DNA of 64,000 nt. It comes from Octopus bimaculoides. Lineage: Eukaryota. The notes under the pieces were generated by a model. The model saw only the letters and a program-made list of their open reading frames with translations, did no database searches and had not been told where the DNA came from. This document shows positions 1 through 13,770 of the stretch, piece by piece. Position 1 is the stretch's first letter. Each line of letters opens with the position of its first letter. The stretch is from positions 54,268,401-54,332,400 of the forward strand of contig NC_068998.1 of the NCBI RefSeq assembly GCF_001194135.2. Direction: 5' to 3'. The translations under genes were made by a program, and so were the position numbers.

Positions 1-332
1 GCACACAAGCCACCATGCTGCCAGAGGGACTTGACCTTGTGGTGGTTTCATTCTTCCATGGTCAACAGCACAAAGTACCAATGTAAGTCAGTGGATTGGC
101 TTAACTGTTGGGTAGGGGGGTGGACGCAAGATTCTTTGTGATGTTTGTTCTGACTTCAATGTCTGTATCAGCTCAAGATGGCATCCTTTTCCTCCGATGA
201 ACTCAATGGCATGGAGAGAGAAGGGAGGAGTTTGCATGCATGAGTAACCACCAGTCTTCCTCACCTCTGCAGACATAACGAGATGTAGCATGGTCAACCT
301 TAACCAATGGAGGCTTCAATGTGTGCATAAAG

Positions 333-464
333 TTAACACTGGCTCACGCTTATTGTCCAATCCCCATGGACTGCATTAATATTCCTTGCATTTTCCATTG
401 CGTTGTTGCCATTATTGAACTCATAAAGTAAAATATGCCAAATATGCTCCTTTGTCACTTCCAT
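333..464 (-). pseudogene. Truncated mariner (Mos1-type) transposase N-terminal HTH fragment
   Basis: Manual translation MEVTKEHIWHILLYEFNNGNNAMENARNINAVHGDWTISVSQC* matches the mariner paired-like HTH pattern (RHILLYEF..G.NA.E.ARNIN.VYG..TIS..QC.RWF). It is cut off by a stop and has no catalytic domain. Confidence 0.75.
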
Positions 465-949
465 TATAGCTTTGAAAAAATAACTGTTAAAATTGAACTG
501 CACTCTTCAAAACTTGCACCAAGAATAAGTGCAAGGTAAAATTACAACCTGCTTTTAAAGCAAGTTGATGCAGGTAGTGTTGTTGGTCTCTATTCCTGCT
601 GCAAATGACTGGTAATTTGGCAGCTCAATACATTTTGTTAGATCAGCTTCTTCACATGACATTAATCTGTAGAGGCAAAGCTGGTTCTGTTTCACCCAGC
701 AACAACAAAAAATGATCTATTTTAATATGGCTGAATAACAGCTGAAATACGATTAAAGCAATTAAAAAAAAAAGTTGCCACTATTGCATGTTGTTGTTGT
801 TGTTGTAGTTTGTTTTAAATATTGTTTTTAACTTATATTTCTGAATTCTATTTCTATTATAAAATTATTCAGACTATTGGCTATTGATCTGTATTAATAA
901 TTGTTTTTGCTTATTTACTAGTTTCTGTTAGCATAATAAATGTAACATC

Positions 950-954
950 TTCAC

Positions 955-1009
<55 letters not shown>

Positions 1010-1044
1010 ATATGTATGTGTATACTGCGTGTGTGTGTGTGTGT
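950..1044. repeat. (CT)n followed by (GT)n microsatellites
   Basis: Directly visible dinucleotide runs. Confidence 0.95.
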
Positions 1045-1316
1045 ATCAAACTTCTATTGCAACTGATGATGTTGACTAATTTTACAGTAAGTTAAAAAAT
1101 GCAATATATCTAAATGAATTTTGACTCGGACCATCTGTTGCTACTGCTGCTACTACTACTACTTTTGCTATTATTGCCTACTTTTTTTATAAATCATTCC
1201 CCCACCTACATCCTCATCCCATACTCCAAAACTAGATGCCATCAGGATCGAATGAGTGAGGCCTAACACTGTCGAGGAAAGATATACACATACACATACA
1301 CATATCTCTATCTATA

Positions 1317-1350
<34 letters not shown>

Positions 1351-2214
1351 TGTATAAGTATAACTGAGGAGGAGAGTGGAGTGAGCAAGTCCTTTTATTT
1401 CATTGATTTACAATTGTTTCATTGGAAATCAATCTCTTGAACATTGCTATACTATACAATAATATATGCAATTATTGATACATGAGGTGTCATTGACACA
1501 ATTCCAAATTCGACTCTTCAGAATCATGCGTAAAAGTTATTTGCTGTGGACACTTAAGTTAACAATAATTCATATCTATATCGAGCTGGGTGTGTTTCAA
1601 TGGTTACATTTACATATTACAAGCCAAACAGAACAAAACTTGGTTGGAGTTGACCAGTGAAGAAGAATGAAGTGAAAAAAAAGAAAAGAAAAGGTTTTGT
1701 GTTTATACAATATTTTGAATTATAGTCTTGTCAATACTTTCTGTCTTAAAGGTATTTTAATACTCTTGTTTATCTAATTCATGTGTCATTCAGACAAAGA
1801 AATGATCCTAAAATGGAAACCCAGATATTGAGGTGTAATCTTGGCTCTATTCATACAAACTCTTGATTCACCAAAGTCAGCAGCTTCTTCATATAACATT
1901 GGAAATGCTTCAGGTCCTCGTTCACTCTCTCTGTTCTGATTTCTGATCTCTCCAGCACACATCTCTTAGATATACCTGGCATATTGGGTGTCTCCTGCAG
2001 AAGGTCCAGTCCTTGTTGCAGTGTGGTACTTATGTATCTTAAATACCCTGAGAGCAGAACAGTCTCCTGGTAGGGTCTTCTATGTTGGACAGGTTAAAGG
2101 ATAGAGGCCAGACTAATGTGGACCACCTCTTCCTAGAGGTAAAAATGGATTTGCTTAGCACTAACACTCCTCACTAGAAGAAGCAAAGTTACAGAAGCAT
2201 TGGTCATGATTCAA

Positions 2215-2375
2215 AACCTATGAAGGGCCACCTTCCCTCAAAGGGAAACGTTTGCTGCAGTGCAGCAAAATCTGAAAGGACTGAGTTGAAAAAACAAGGA
2301 GAGAAGTAGAAAAGGATGCCCAGAGTTGAGAATGGCGGAGAAACGTCATTGATGGCCTATGCGCCAAAGGGCCTA
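2215..2375 (+). mobile_element. Possible decayed 3' end of an RTE-type LINE ORF
   Basis: Stop-riddled translation ending ...EWRRNVIDGLCAKGPK resembles RTE C-termini (WR..V..LC). Family assignment is by memory only. Confidence 0.3.
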
Positions 2376-3577
2376 AGTAAGCAATGTCAGTTGTCCCCAC
2401 AAGATACAGACTGCTTCCAGTTGCACTGTCCAACCACTTTTAACCTGGGGGTGAATATGAAACAATCTCTGAAGAAGGCAAGAAGCACCAGAAGGAACAA
2501 CATGCTTCTAAGTAGTTTCTTAATATGCTAGAAATAGAGCTATATCTCCCTCAAACTGTCTTAGAAAAAGACACCTTGAACAATTTGAACTTGGTTACAT
2601 TGTATTGTTGAAAAAAAAGAGGTTGGTCACAGCTTGAAAACCTTTGGTAATTGGCATTCTTGCTCAGGGATGATCTTGGAGTAAATAACAGCTTGTGATG
2701 CCAATCCACTGAGAGTATTTATAGGGGTGCTGAACCTCTTAGAATTATCAGTCAAACTCCCTAAAATCATACTTTATTATCTGAAAAAGGGAAGAATGTA
2801 TTGGATAACATGAATCTACAATCACTATGCCTGAAAAAAGACAAGACAGTCACAGCTGTAATGCCTTTCATCATAAGCTTGTTTGATCATGGCTGACCTG
2901 GGGCTAAATAACGACTGCGTATTATTAATTCAAACATAATCCAACCCCGTTCCATAAATCAAGATTAATCTTAGTAATTATAAATTCAAACTGTAATGCC
3001 AAATTAATATATCTTTGGCATTCTATTGTTTGTTCCTTGCTTATCGTTGAAGCCTGCTGGTTCAGATTGATTGAGAAAGATGAAAGGCAAACAAAAGAAC
3101 ACTCATCACAGGCAGATTAATTGCTTACAAACTTCTAGAATTTCATTGTGATTCTGAATTCCTTATATTTACTCCTCTTCTAGTAAATGTCAGCTATATT
3201 CTTATCCTTTCATTGAGTGGCTTTTGAAGTTGATTGATAATTAATCTAAAGACACATGTACGTCTGTTCACCTGCTTTTCCATTGGATTGCAATAAACCT
3301 ATAAGTTTATTGTTTAACTACAGGTCAACCTTAATCCACCAAGCCAACTGGATCTATAATCAAAGTCATCTGTTTCTTAGCAATCTTATCTTTGATTCAA
3401 ACACATTGTGTCTAGGATTTTTTTTTTCCTGTGATATGATGGAGATTTAGCTACTGTTTCTAGCTCTAGCAAGTCCATCAACCATCTAGAGTAGTGCCTC
3501 CCAACCATTTTTTTACCTATGTGTCTTCTACTATAGCCCTAGGTGGAAACTGAAAGAAGCCTGACGTGTGTGTTATC

Positions 3578-3790
3578 ATCATCATTTAATGATTATTGTC
3601 CATGCTGGTATGGGTTGGACAGTTTGACTGGGCTGGCACACTGGAAGGCTCCATCAGACTCCAGTCTGATTTGGCATGGTTTTCTACGGCTGGATGCTCT
3701 TCCTAACGCCAACCACTCTGAGAGTGTAATGGGTACTTTTACATGCCACCAGCACAGGTGCCATTTATGTGACACTGGAGTGCACTTATG
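3578..3790 (-). mobile_element. Abundant (TGA)n/(CAT)n-tailed short retroposon (family C), representative copy
   Basis: Core catcatcatttaa..tccatgctggcatgggttggac..ctggatgcccttcctaacgccaaccact recurs at about 5030-5225, 11055-11150, 12660-12810, 21060-21180, 25617-25800, 30185-30345, 35845-35935, 36658-36840, 42826-43290, 56010-56230 and 59985-60085. Confidence 0.8.
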
Positions 3791-5539
3791 TGCCAATTTG
3801 TATGACACCAGTGTATATATATATGTGTGTGTAGATGGGGTGGGAGTTCTGTGTAAACGTGTATCACTGTCCTACAAGCAGGGTTGTTCATTTCCAGTCT
3901 TCTGAGGAAAAACTTGTCTGGCCATTAAATATTACTTGGAAGGTAATATTTAATGGTTAGCAATAGGAAAGACATCTAGCTGTAGAAAATCTGCAGAAAG
4001 TAGACATTAAACGATGACGATGATGATGATGATTGGCAGTGCCTTCTCATTTTAAACTAATTCCTAACCATAAAATCAAAGTAGCACAGGTGACGACCAA
4101 GCTAGTTTAACATTACATTGTATGGTCACAATACAATGCCAGATGTCAGTACCTTAATGATTGTACTTGTGCAAGCCATGGTCACAAAATACACACCAGC
4201 ACAGCTCTGCAAATATCGTGACACATTAGCAAGACTCTTAAGCAATAGAAAAACGAAAAAAACTTTCTCACTCAGCTTTGTCCAGATATTTTTGGTTTAC
4301 AGTTTAAACAACAGTCTCCGTATTTGTTGATATTCTCTGTGTTCAAATTCTGTGAAGAAGTGACATGGCCAGGTGAATATGTTGTTGATTTTCCTGGCCA
4401 GTTCTTACTGTATGTCAACATTCGGTTTTCAATCAATCTTGTCTTGTCCCATTTGAAAATAATTATCATTAACACTAATGGTTAATTGGGGAGTTATTAT
4501 GGAAGTATATTAAAAATTTTCTTTAGCAAACTATATTGTTAACTATGTGCTCTTCATGCAGAAAGCATCCCTGAGAAGCTTTCCCATGTCACCTTTTTTA
4601 AAAAAGTCACTGTTCTCTCCTCCCCCCATTATTGACATATCTCTGCTATACATTGCCTCACTTGTGTATGGCTGAAGGGCAACAATGATGTTCACTCTTC
4701 TGGATGTTGCACACCAGAAATAATAAAACAGTTTCTTATGCAGAGACTGGAGACTGTTTTTAGAATCCTTTTGTCATCCAGCAGCTGGAAAAAATGTTAG
4801 AATCTCCCAACATTTAATTTTGATAATCTTTACCTTGAGAGTTCATTTCGGCACCATGTTACCATCTTTATCCTCTCTCTCAGCTACTCTAACCCACCCT
4901 TATCTCATGCAGGGTAACCATGTACTTCCCTCATAGCAAGACACCTGGTATAAACCTACCCCCACCTTCCCCCTCTCGAGTATTTGTGTTTTGTGTCTGT
5001 CTACGAATTTACTTGGTGACTTGTGCCAGTGGTGCCATGTTAAAAGCACCCAATACACACTGTGAAGTGGTTGGTGTTGGGAAGGGCATCCAGCCATGGA
5101 ACCCTTGCCAGAGTTGACAATGGAGCTCAGCACAGCCCCCGCAGCTCGGTGGATCCTGTCAAACCATCCGACCCATGCCGGCATGGAAAGTAGAAATTAA
5201 ATGATGTTGATGATTATTGATGATCTGGCAGAATCGTTAGCATGCCAGACAAAGCATTTCAGCCACCTTTTATGTTCTGAGTTCAAATTCTGCCAAGGTT
5301 GACTTTGTCCTTCATCCTTTTGGGGGTCAACAAAACAAGTATCAGTTGGACATTGGGGTCGATGTAATCAATTTACCCCCTCTTCCAAAATTGTGCCAAG
5401 ATTAGAAAGGATTATCATTATTATTTACCTCTATGCAGCGGAAGCAATTTAAGAATCTGACATGATACACACACCAAGAATTTAAATGCCATAGATTATG
5501 AAATTATGACCCCCCTCCCCCCCTCTCTCNNNNNNNNNN

Positions 5540-5578
<39 letters not shown>

Positions 5579-6719
5579 GGTCAAAATCAAACACAACTCA
5601 TTTACTTAATTCTCTCTACCCTCCCTCCGTCCCTCTCTCATATTTTTGTCTATATTGCAGTTAACAACCAATATTACAAGTTCCTTCCTAAATTCTCTGT
5701 TTGCAAAAATCTATACTTTAATCTAAACAGTCCACAAAAAAACAAACAATCAAACAAAACCAGCTAAATTACATCTGGTTGTTATTTGTTAAAAGTAAAG
5801 TTTTACAAAACCAGAACATGGTTTTACAAAATGGTATAAACTTTTGAAAAAAAAACCAACAAAAGTTTATAATCCCCTTCTGCCATGCTTTTTTGTTTGT
5901 TTTCTTTTAATAAATTTATCTTTTCACTACATTTAATGCCTAGTGCTGCACATAGCTCACTTCACAATAACAATCATTTCTAGTAATCCTGTCTGTTTTT
6001 TGGTAATTTATTTTCTCTCTCTAATTAGAACAATTATGCAGAGTTTTATAATCGGTTGCAGCTTCACTGAATGTTAACTCCATGTTTTCCGAAATGAAAT
6101 TTTGTTTTCTACCATCATTATTGATTTGTTATGCACTTATTATTATAATCAGCAGCCAATCCACGAGCATTTGGAATGGTGTTCTTCCTCTTGCATTTCC
6201 TTTATCTCTTCATAATTCTTCTCTTCATCTCACCACGCTTCCCTCTCATCAAACAAATGTCTACAATTTCTTTCTTATATACCACATTCCACCTCCGCAC
6301 TCCATCGAATTACTTAACGTGTTATTTAAGTAAACTTTTTTTCCTACATGGTTGACTATCGATACCTTGTTTCCTTTCCTCTTCATGCATCGTCTTTCAT
6401 TCCCTTCTCTGTTTGTCAGTCATTAAAACCTCCGTCTCACTGCGCCTCCTCCCAGACTTAAAGACTTTGGTAAATCCTTCTGTAAAACAGTGGCATGGCT
6501 CAGGTTTCCCTTCCAACAACCACTAACTTGCTGGAATTTCAACTGAACCCTACCCCTGCTCTGGTTATTTCCCCCCAACCCCATCCCTTCTCAGAGGGTC
6601 GAAGGAAACTGCTATCATTCGTCTGCTACACATTAAATCACTTAAAAATAACAAAAATTTCTTTGTTTCTTTTATGAAATATTTAACCATTAACACTCCT
6701 AGTTCTTTTATTTTGTTTC

Positions 6720-7075
6720 AATCATCCGGACTGTGGCCATGCTGGGGCTCCACCTTCACTGGTTTAAAGACATCAACCTTAATACTTAATTTTTTAAACC
6801 TCATACTTTTTCTATATGCCCCTTTTTTGCTGAACTGCAGGGACGTAAACAAAGCAACACTGGTTGTCAAGTGGTAGCAGGGGACAGACAGACAGACACA
6901 CACACACACACACACATACACGATGAGCTTTGTTCAGTTTCTGTTTACCAAATCCACAAAGCTTTGATTGACTCAGGGCTAAAGAAGAAAATACTTGCCC
7001 AAGGTGCTATACAGTGGGACTGGACCCAGAAACATGTGGTTGGAGAGCAAGCGTCTTGCCATACAGTGACACCTG
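6720..7075 (-). mobile_element. tRNA-derived CORE-like SINE (family B)
   Basis: Reverse complement of the head ggtgtggctgtgtggtaagaagcttgct..ggttcagtcccactg..ggcaccttgggcaagtgtctt (A/B boxes plus CORE-like CCTTGGGCAAG), a (CA)n linker, and the tail ..ggtgctccagcatggcc..gactgaaacaa. Confidence 0.75.
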
Positions 7076-9243
7076 TGTCTCCAGCCCTTCTTGTGCATCT
7101 CTCTCTCTCTCTCTCTGGCATTGCAAAAAGGGTTGAGTCCACCCACAAGAGATGTTGGTGTTTGACAAAGAAGTGACTTAGGTGAGCAGTTAGTATAGTT
7201 TGCTTCACGTAACCAATATGGAAAGTACTGGAAGACTGTTGTTTGTCAGGTGACTAACAGAAAAGATATTTACTTCTAACGTCGTTCTTTCACTACCCTG
7301 AATAATACTGCTACCCTGGTAAGTTGTACAATGTAAATGTTGCAGACTCAAAGATTTACTGACATTTCCTTCCGGAATTGGTTGTTTTGAAAACTGAATC
7401 AGCTTTTAGCAGCATCTGCCTATCAGAAAAGTCTTCATTTAACAGAACCATTCCACTTCATTTTTGTATTTTTATTTGGAATATGCTGCTACAGGGATAG
7501 CTATCTGATCAAGGACTTGACAAGGCACATGGCCTGGTGGTTAGAGTATCTCAATCATGATTATAAGATCGTGGTTTCAACTCCTGGACCAGGCAGTGCA
7601 TTCAATCCACTCAGCTGTGAGTTCCAGCAATGGGCAAGAAGTGAACTGGGTGAGAGGTCAGCATTCCATCTCGGGGTGGGATATTCTAATCTCAGTCACT
7701 CATACACCTTGGAAACTGTATTAAGCTCTGCTCTTATGGGTCTTGGGGCTCATGAGAGACCTAAGGACTTCATAACCGCATAGTTCTGGGGTTAATCCCT
7801 CACATGGGGGCATCTTGGGCAAGTGGATCATCTACTCAGCCTTGAATTGACCAATATCCTATGAGTGGAATTTGGTCAGCAGAAACTGTATAGATACCCA
7901 TCATAAATGATGCAAAAGATTTTTTTTTAAAAGTATATTTTTATAGATAAACAGTAACTTAGCTATTTGATAATAGAGATCGGTTAAGTAAGTACCAGAC
8001 TAAAATAAGTACTGAGGTTGATTTGATCAATTTTAAAACCCTTCAAGGCTGTTCCAGTGCGTAACTGGTATTTATTTAATTGACCCCGAAAGGATGAAAG
8101 GCAAAGTCAACCTCGGCAGAATTTGAACTCAGAACATAACAGCAGACAAAATACCACTAAGCATTTTTCCCAGCTTGCTAACAAGGTTGTCGTCATCATC
8201 GTCACCGTTTAACATCTGCTTTCCATGTTGGCATGGGTTGTATGCAATATAATTCCTTCAGCTTTGCAAACTTTGTATCAGTTTGTGAATTAAATTTGGC
8301 CACTTTCTTAAAACTGGAGAAATACAATCATTCTTAAACCATCTTTTTGGTAAGCACATATTATTAAACAAGTGGAATTGCCTCTGGATTAATCAGACAA
8401 GACCTTTCATTTCAAAGCTTTCTTATTTAATTTGAAACCCTCTTCCATAATTTTGCATAAAAGCCTTTTATGTTCCAATCTAATAAAAAAAAATGTATAT
8501 ATTTTACTAAAGTCCTCCACATTTTCAATTATTTTATAAATTTATCGGAATACAAAAGCAGTGGATTTCTATAGAAATTTAGTCATGAATGAATAATTAG
8601 TTTCTGTGCAGTGAAATAACTTTTCCAGATTGTTTCTTTGATAATTTGCAATTTTTTTTTTTTTTAAACAATATATATCATTATATGATATGATATTAAT
8701 AATAATGATAATAATAATAATAATAATTAGTATCAAAAAGAAAAAAATGAGAGAGAGAAAAAATTTTTTCTTTGGTTCTTTTCATTTTTGATTTTCCTGT
8801 TTTTTACAGCAATTTTGTTTTCAATTGGGTGAATTTAATGCTTTTGATAAAAAAAAAATTTTGATATTGCCTCAACTATTTTCTCAAATGAAATTATCCC
8901 ATTTTTGTTTTGTGAAGAGCAGCATAACTATTTAATTACATTTCTATTACCTCAACTTTCAGACAATTAACTTTTACTAATGCTAGTTAAGCATTATGTG
9001 TTGTCAGGAGTCGTATTTGGTTAGCTGGGTTAAATATTTGTTGAAATCTAAGGATTAAATCCTCTCTCGCTTAATTCATCTAAAGCTGCATAACAACAGG
9101 AGAGAGAGAGTGAGAGAGATGGAGCATTTAGCTAGGTCAGAGCAGGTAAAAAAAAAAAAAAAAAAAAAAGAAAGGAAAAGCAACACAAAAAGCCTGGTCA
9201 ATAGAAATTAAGTTTAGATTTATTCACAATAGATTTTTTCGGC

Positions 9244-9321
9244 AGCCAATGATTGGTTAGCATTGTCATCGTGGATAATTATATGCACAGAGGAAATAGT
9301 TTTATCGAAACAATAACCAAT
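9244..9321. promoter_or_regulatory. Cluster of three CCAAT (NF-Y-like) boxes
   Basis: AGCCAAT at 9244-9250 abuts GATTGGTT at 9251-9258; AACCAATCA spans about 9315-9323. No gene could be assigned. Confidence 0.35.
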
Positions 9322-9539
9322 CATTTGCAAAAAGATTTCAAACATTGCGAATTTATTTATTTGCTTTAATTATCTGATATTTGATTTCCCTATATTGGAT
9401 CATGACAAAGAATATTGGGAAAGGAAAAGGTTTTTTTTATGTCAAGTCTGTTGAGATTTGTTCAATATTAAATTTGTATGAATTGTCGTAACATACCAGT
9501 CATCATATACGTCTACACAGTAAAAACATTAGTAAAATG

Positions 9540-9870
9540 CAAGAGGCATGGCTGTGTGGATAAGAAGCTCACTTTGCAACCATATAGCTCCGAGTTCAGT
9601 CCCACTGAATGGTATTTTGGGTTTGCGTTTTCTTCTATAGCCTCAAGGCACCCACTCCCTAGTGAGTGAATTTGGTAAACGCACTGTGTCAAGATCCATT
9701 GTGTGTATATAAGTGTATATATGTGTGCGTGTGTCTTTGTGTTTATCTTGACGACTTGTGTTGGTTTGATTATGTCCCTGTGACTTAGCAGTTCAGCAAA
9801 ATTGACAGAATAAAAGGTACCAGGGTGAATTTGTTTGACTAAACCCCAGCACAGCTGCAATCCAGAGAAT
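9540..9870 (+). mobile_element. tRNA-derived CORE-like SINE (family B)
   Basis: aggcatggctgtgtggataagaagctcactttgcaaccatatagctccgagttcagtcccactg head and the family tail. Similar copies at 10425-10810, 15035-15215, 20320-20530, 22135-22300 and 33675-33830. Confidence 0.75.
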
Positions 9871-11528
9871 GGAAAGTGTGTCCCCCAGCATTGTAGTATA
9901 GTTCCAGTTCTCTGTCATTAATTCACAGCCCCATCAAGTGAAGTAATGCTATCATAAACCAAGATAAGCCTGACATTACCCACATAGAATTACAGTTTGT
10001 TTTATAACAAGGCTGACAATATATGCACACATATTTTGAAAACCTTATCAAACAAGAAAACAAAAATCCTATGGAGAGAGAGCCCTTTGCTTGGTCACTT
10101 GACTTGACTCCCCCAGACACACACACACACACCCATCTTGTTACCTTCTCTGTCAGGGTAGTCTTCATCTTCCAGTATTATGATGCGACATGTTGATAAT
10201 CAGTTGAGCAAATACAAGTCAGCAATGTGGTGATGTAGTGGGTGAAAAATACATCAATGGATTAAGTGTGGGTGGAGAGTGTTGTTAGAGGAGATAAATA
10301 TTATTAGCTGGCCCTCTCATTAATCTAATCTGTTGCAGCTTAAACGAAATTCAATTATTTGTTGGATGCAATACTTTCACATTAACTTTCTACCTGTGTG
10401 TGTTTTTGTTTTTTTCTAACCAGGTTTGTCATGGCTGGGTAGGTGTTAAGAAGCTTGTTTGGCAAACTCTTGGTTTCAGATTCAGTTCCACAGTGTGGCA
10501 ACTTGGGAAAATGTCATTTATTCTAGCCCTGGGGTGATCAATGCCTCGTTAGTGAATTTGGTAGATGGAAACTATGTAGAAGCCTGTCTTGTGTGTGTGT
10601 GTGTCTTTGTATGTGCTCATCTCTCTATTATCACTCAACATCCAGCATTGATTTGTGCATGTTCTTGTAACTTAGCAGTTCAGCTAAAGAGACTAATAGA
10701 ATAAGTACCTGGCTTTAACCAAAAGAAAAATAAAATAAGTGCAATTTGTTCTGACCAAACTTTTCAAGGTGGTGCTCCAGCATGGCCAATGCCCGCTGAC
10801 TGAAACATCATCATTTTACCACTCTATTCCATGGATTGATTGAGTGTTTTTTCCTGAGAGCCACAGGAGCCAGCATCTTCAGCTTTTATGAAGACTTCCT
10901 CTTGTCAGAAGTAACACCTGACAAGATAACTACTAGATATAATCTTTCTCTCTCTCTCTCTCTCTCTCTCCCTTTTTCAACTATTGCAAATCACTTTTAG
11001 CATTTANNNNNNNNNNCCTTTTTCAACTATTGCAAATCACTTTTAGCATTTAGTGATTGGAGCCTGGTGCAGCCTTCCAGCATACCAGCCCAGTCAAACC
11101 GTCCAACCCATGCCAGTGTGGGCAACAGATGTTACATGATGATGATAAACAAAGCAGGTGTTTTAGTATACTACCAGCAAAAGTAGACTAGTTGGTCATA
11201 ACCCCTCCACATGCTCTCTCTCTCTCACACACACACACACTTTCTCCCAACCCTTTTCCATGCCAACACCTTTCTATTTATATTTCTTGGTGCTCCACCA
11301 TGACCATGGTCCAGTGCCAGAACTCGTAAATGCATGATCAAAACATGGCCACCATTATCATTAAATGGTATCTTTGAAAAGATTTTTTCAGTTTTGTATT
11401 TGGTTTGCAAGATTCTTGGTGTGAACCCATGAATTGAAACAGAATCTCTTGTATCTTGGGAGGGTCATTTTTCTAATAATAAATGCACACACTGGTCCTA
11501 GTTCACTTCTTTTATTATTATTATTATG

Positions 11529-11750
11529 AAGGCAGTTAGCTGACAGAATCATTAGTGTGCTGGGCGAAATGCTTTGTGGTACTTCGACAGTCTTCACGTT
11601 CTGAGTTCACATTCCACCGAGGTTGACTTTGCCTTTTCATACTTTTGGAGTCGATAAATTAAGTACCAATCAATACTGTGGTCGATGTGATCGACTGGTC
11701 CCCTCCCCCAAAATTTCAGGCCTTGTGCCTTTAGTAGAAAAGATTATTAT
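11529..11750 (+). mobile_element. tRNA-derived SINE family A (central domain resembling the Meta domain)
   Basis: aggcagttagctgacagaatcattag..gttctgagttcacattcc..ttgactttgccttttcat..gtcgataaattaagtacca..ttgtgcctttagtagaaaagattattatt. Copies at 5225-5415, 8080-8190(-), 18880-19050, 32455-32650(-), 47279-47497 and 56870-57070. Confidence 0.8.
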
Positions 11751-13151
11751 TCTTAGTTAATTGATTAACTATGTAGCCAATTAACTCCTTGGTTGTTTGA
11801 TTAATTGATTACTCATTTGGCCAATTAATCAATCAGATTTGTGGAAGTCCTTTTGTCACCATACTCATCAATGATTCCACATCTCCTTCTGTCATTATTC
11901 ATATAATGATCTTCTCAAGATACAATAGAAGACTTCATTGAACTGTTGCTTCAAAAAACAAAAAACTGTGGTAATAACTGAAGAGATTTGACAAAAACTT
12001 CACCAATGACTTATTATTCATGAAAACCTAAACCATCTCTGGTTTAGTGATAAGTTTATATTTAGCAGAATTTATTTTATTGAAAATATGTGTATTTTAA
12101 TGTCAAAGATAGATATAGATGCAAAACATGTGAAATTGATCATTTCTATAATTGCGAAAAGGAGGGATGAAAATTTTATCAAAAAAAATTCGATGACATT
12201 TATTTTGACATTTTGGCATCATCCATAGANNNNNNNNNNTTTTTTTTTTTTTAAAAATCTACATTAAAATTCTGCAGACTACTTTAAGATCTGAACTATC
12301 TAATTACCATCTAAAAGCTAATTTATTAACGAGCACTGACAAAGGGAATTTCTTGTGATCAGTTAACTTACTAGAAATAGTAGAATGATTTGAGCAAAAT
12401 ATGGCTATGTCATCTTGAAATAAAATTTTAAAAAAACAATATATTTGTCTTCAGGAGCATATATAACCAAAATATCACGTCGGAACCTATATGGAGAAGT
12501 TTCTTTAAACATTAGAAGATTGAATGCATTAAAAACTTTTCTTCTTGAGTATGTGCTGGGATATGTATTATGTGTCCCTGTGTCTTATACTATCAAATAC
12601 AATATTGTTGGAACAGTTTCCATATGGGACCAGATGAAATCAAGTTCTTATGAACTAATTATTATCATTTAATGTCCATTTTCCATGCTGGCATGGGTTG
12701 GACAGTTTGACAGGAGTTGGCAAGCCAGAAGAGTTGCACCAAACTCCAGTTGTCTGTTTTGGCAAGGTTTCCATAGCTAGATGCCCTCCCTAACACCAAC
12801 CATTTTACAGAAAATATGCTACTGAAGATTCATCCAGTTCCTGCCAGTGTCAATAACCAACATGAAACCTATGATAGCAGTGGTTAGTTGATAAACTTTT
12901 TTCTTTTTTTTTTTTCCATGGCAAAACCTGTTTAAATGTTTGCTTTGGGTGAAGAGGGGCTGGACTTGTCTTTTATTTTTAATCATTCTAATACTGTATT
13001 TTAATAGGTGTTATAAGGATAGTATCTATTCCTGTGAAGTTGTGTAAATGTTTCAGTGGTGTCAAATGGGCCTTTTTTGGCTCTGTCTGAACACAGCAAT
13101 GCTGGATTACTACGTCACTTGGCCATAATCACACATTTAAACTGTGTCCAG

Positions 13152-13314
13152 AAATTTTGCCATAAGACATTTTTTAAAGTTAAAAAAAAAAAAATAAAAG
13201 GTTTTATAAAAACATTAGATAGGCAAGTCTTTATTCAACGAAAAACATTAAAAAAGTGTGATGAGGTCATTTAAAAGGAAATTTCTAACAGTGAATTTTC
13301 TTATGGCAAAATTT
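13152..13314. repeat. 16-bp perfect inverted repeat, probable MITE remnant
   Basis: AAATTTTGCCATAAGA (13152-13167) and TCTTATGGCAAAATTT (13299-13314), with weaker complementarity extending outward. Confidence 0.55.
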
Positions 13315-13770
13315 CCTATAACCCATTTAAGTATGATCTCTAGTGATAACAGGACATCTGATAAGGCCTAAATAAAATGAGTCTTCCCTGTGGACAGATA
13401 AGTAAATAGAAACAGATAAGCGTGTGTTGCAATATATGATGCAGCATTTAATCTCTCACACACAGAAAAAATTCATGTGGATGGATAATGATCAGAGAGA
13501 CAAGCTGATAGCCATACACGTTTAAATATAACCAACGTGACATTGGTTTATGTATGAATGTATGCTACAGTACATCTATTTACATATGCAGGTCAAACAT
13601 CAGACTAGTGACCTTGTTCTTCAATGATGTCCATTCATTGTAGTTTCTCGAGGCAAAATGCTACAGAAACAATACAGTGATTAAAATCTCCTCAAAGTTT
13701 ATTCTCAGTAAATAATGTAGATGTAAAACTGGTATTTAAATATCAGCAGCAAAATAGATAAAATACTAGG

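Noticed and set aside
88-297. 69-aa minus-strand ORF (MTMLHLVMSAEV...)
   Set aside because: No recognisable family, no convincing acceptor, and it abuts a mariner fragment; probably TE-derived sequence.
7238-7325. Plus-strand segment ending in a strong donor (CTG|GTAAGT) as UBTD exon 1
   Set aside because: Stops in all three frames and no MG start.
9119-9145. ATG GAG CAT..CAG|GTAAAA as UBTD exon 1
   Set aside because: Phase 0 donor, incompatible with the phase 1 start of the 30924 exon; no similarity to UBTD N-termini.
12455-12548. Exon-like frame GAYITKISRRNLYGEVSLNIRRLNALKTFLL
   Set aside because: No homology recognised and no partner exons; insufficient support.
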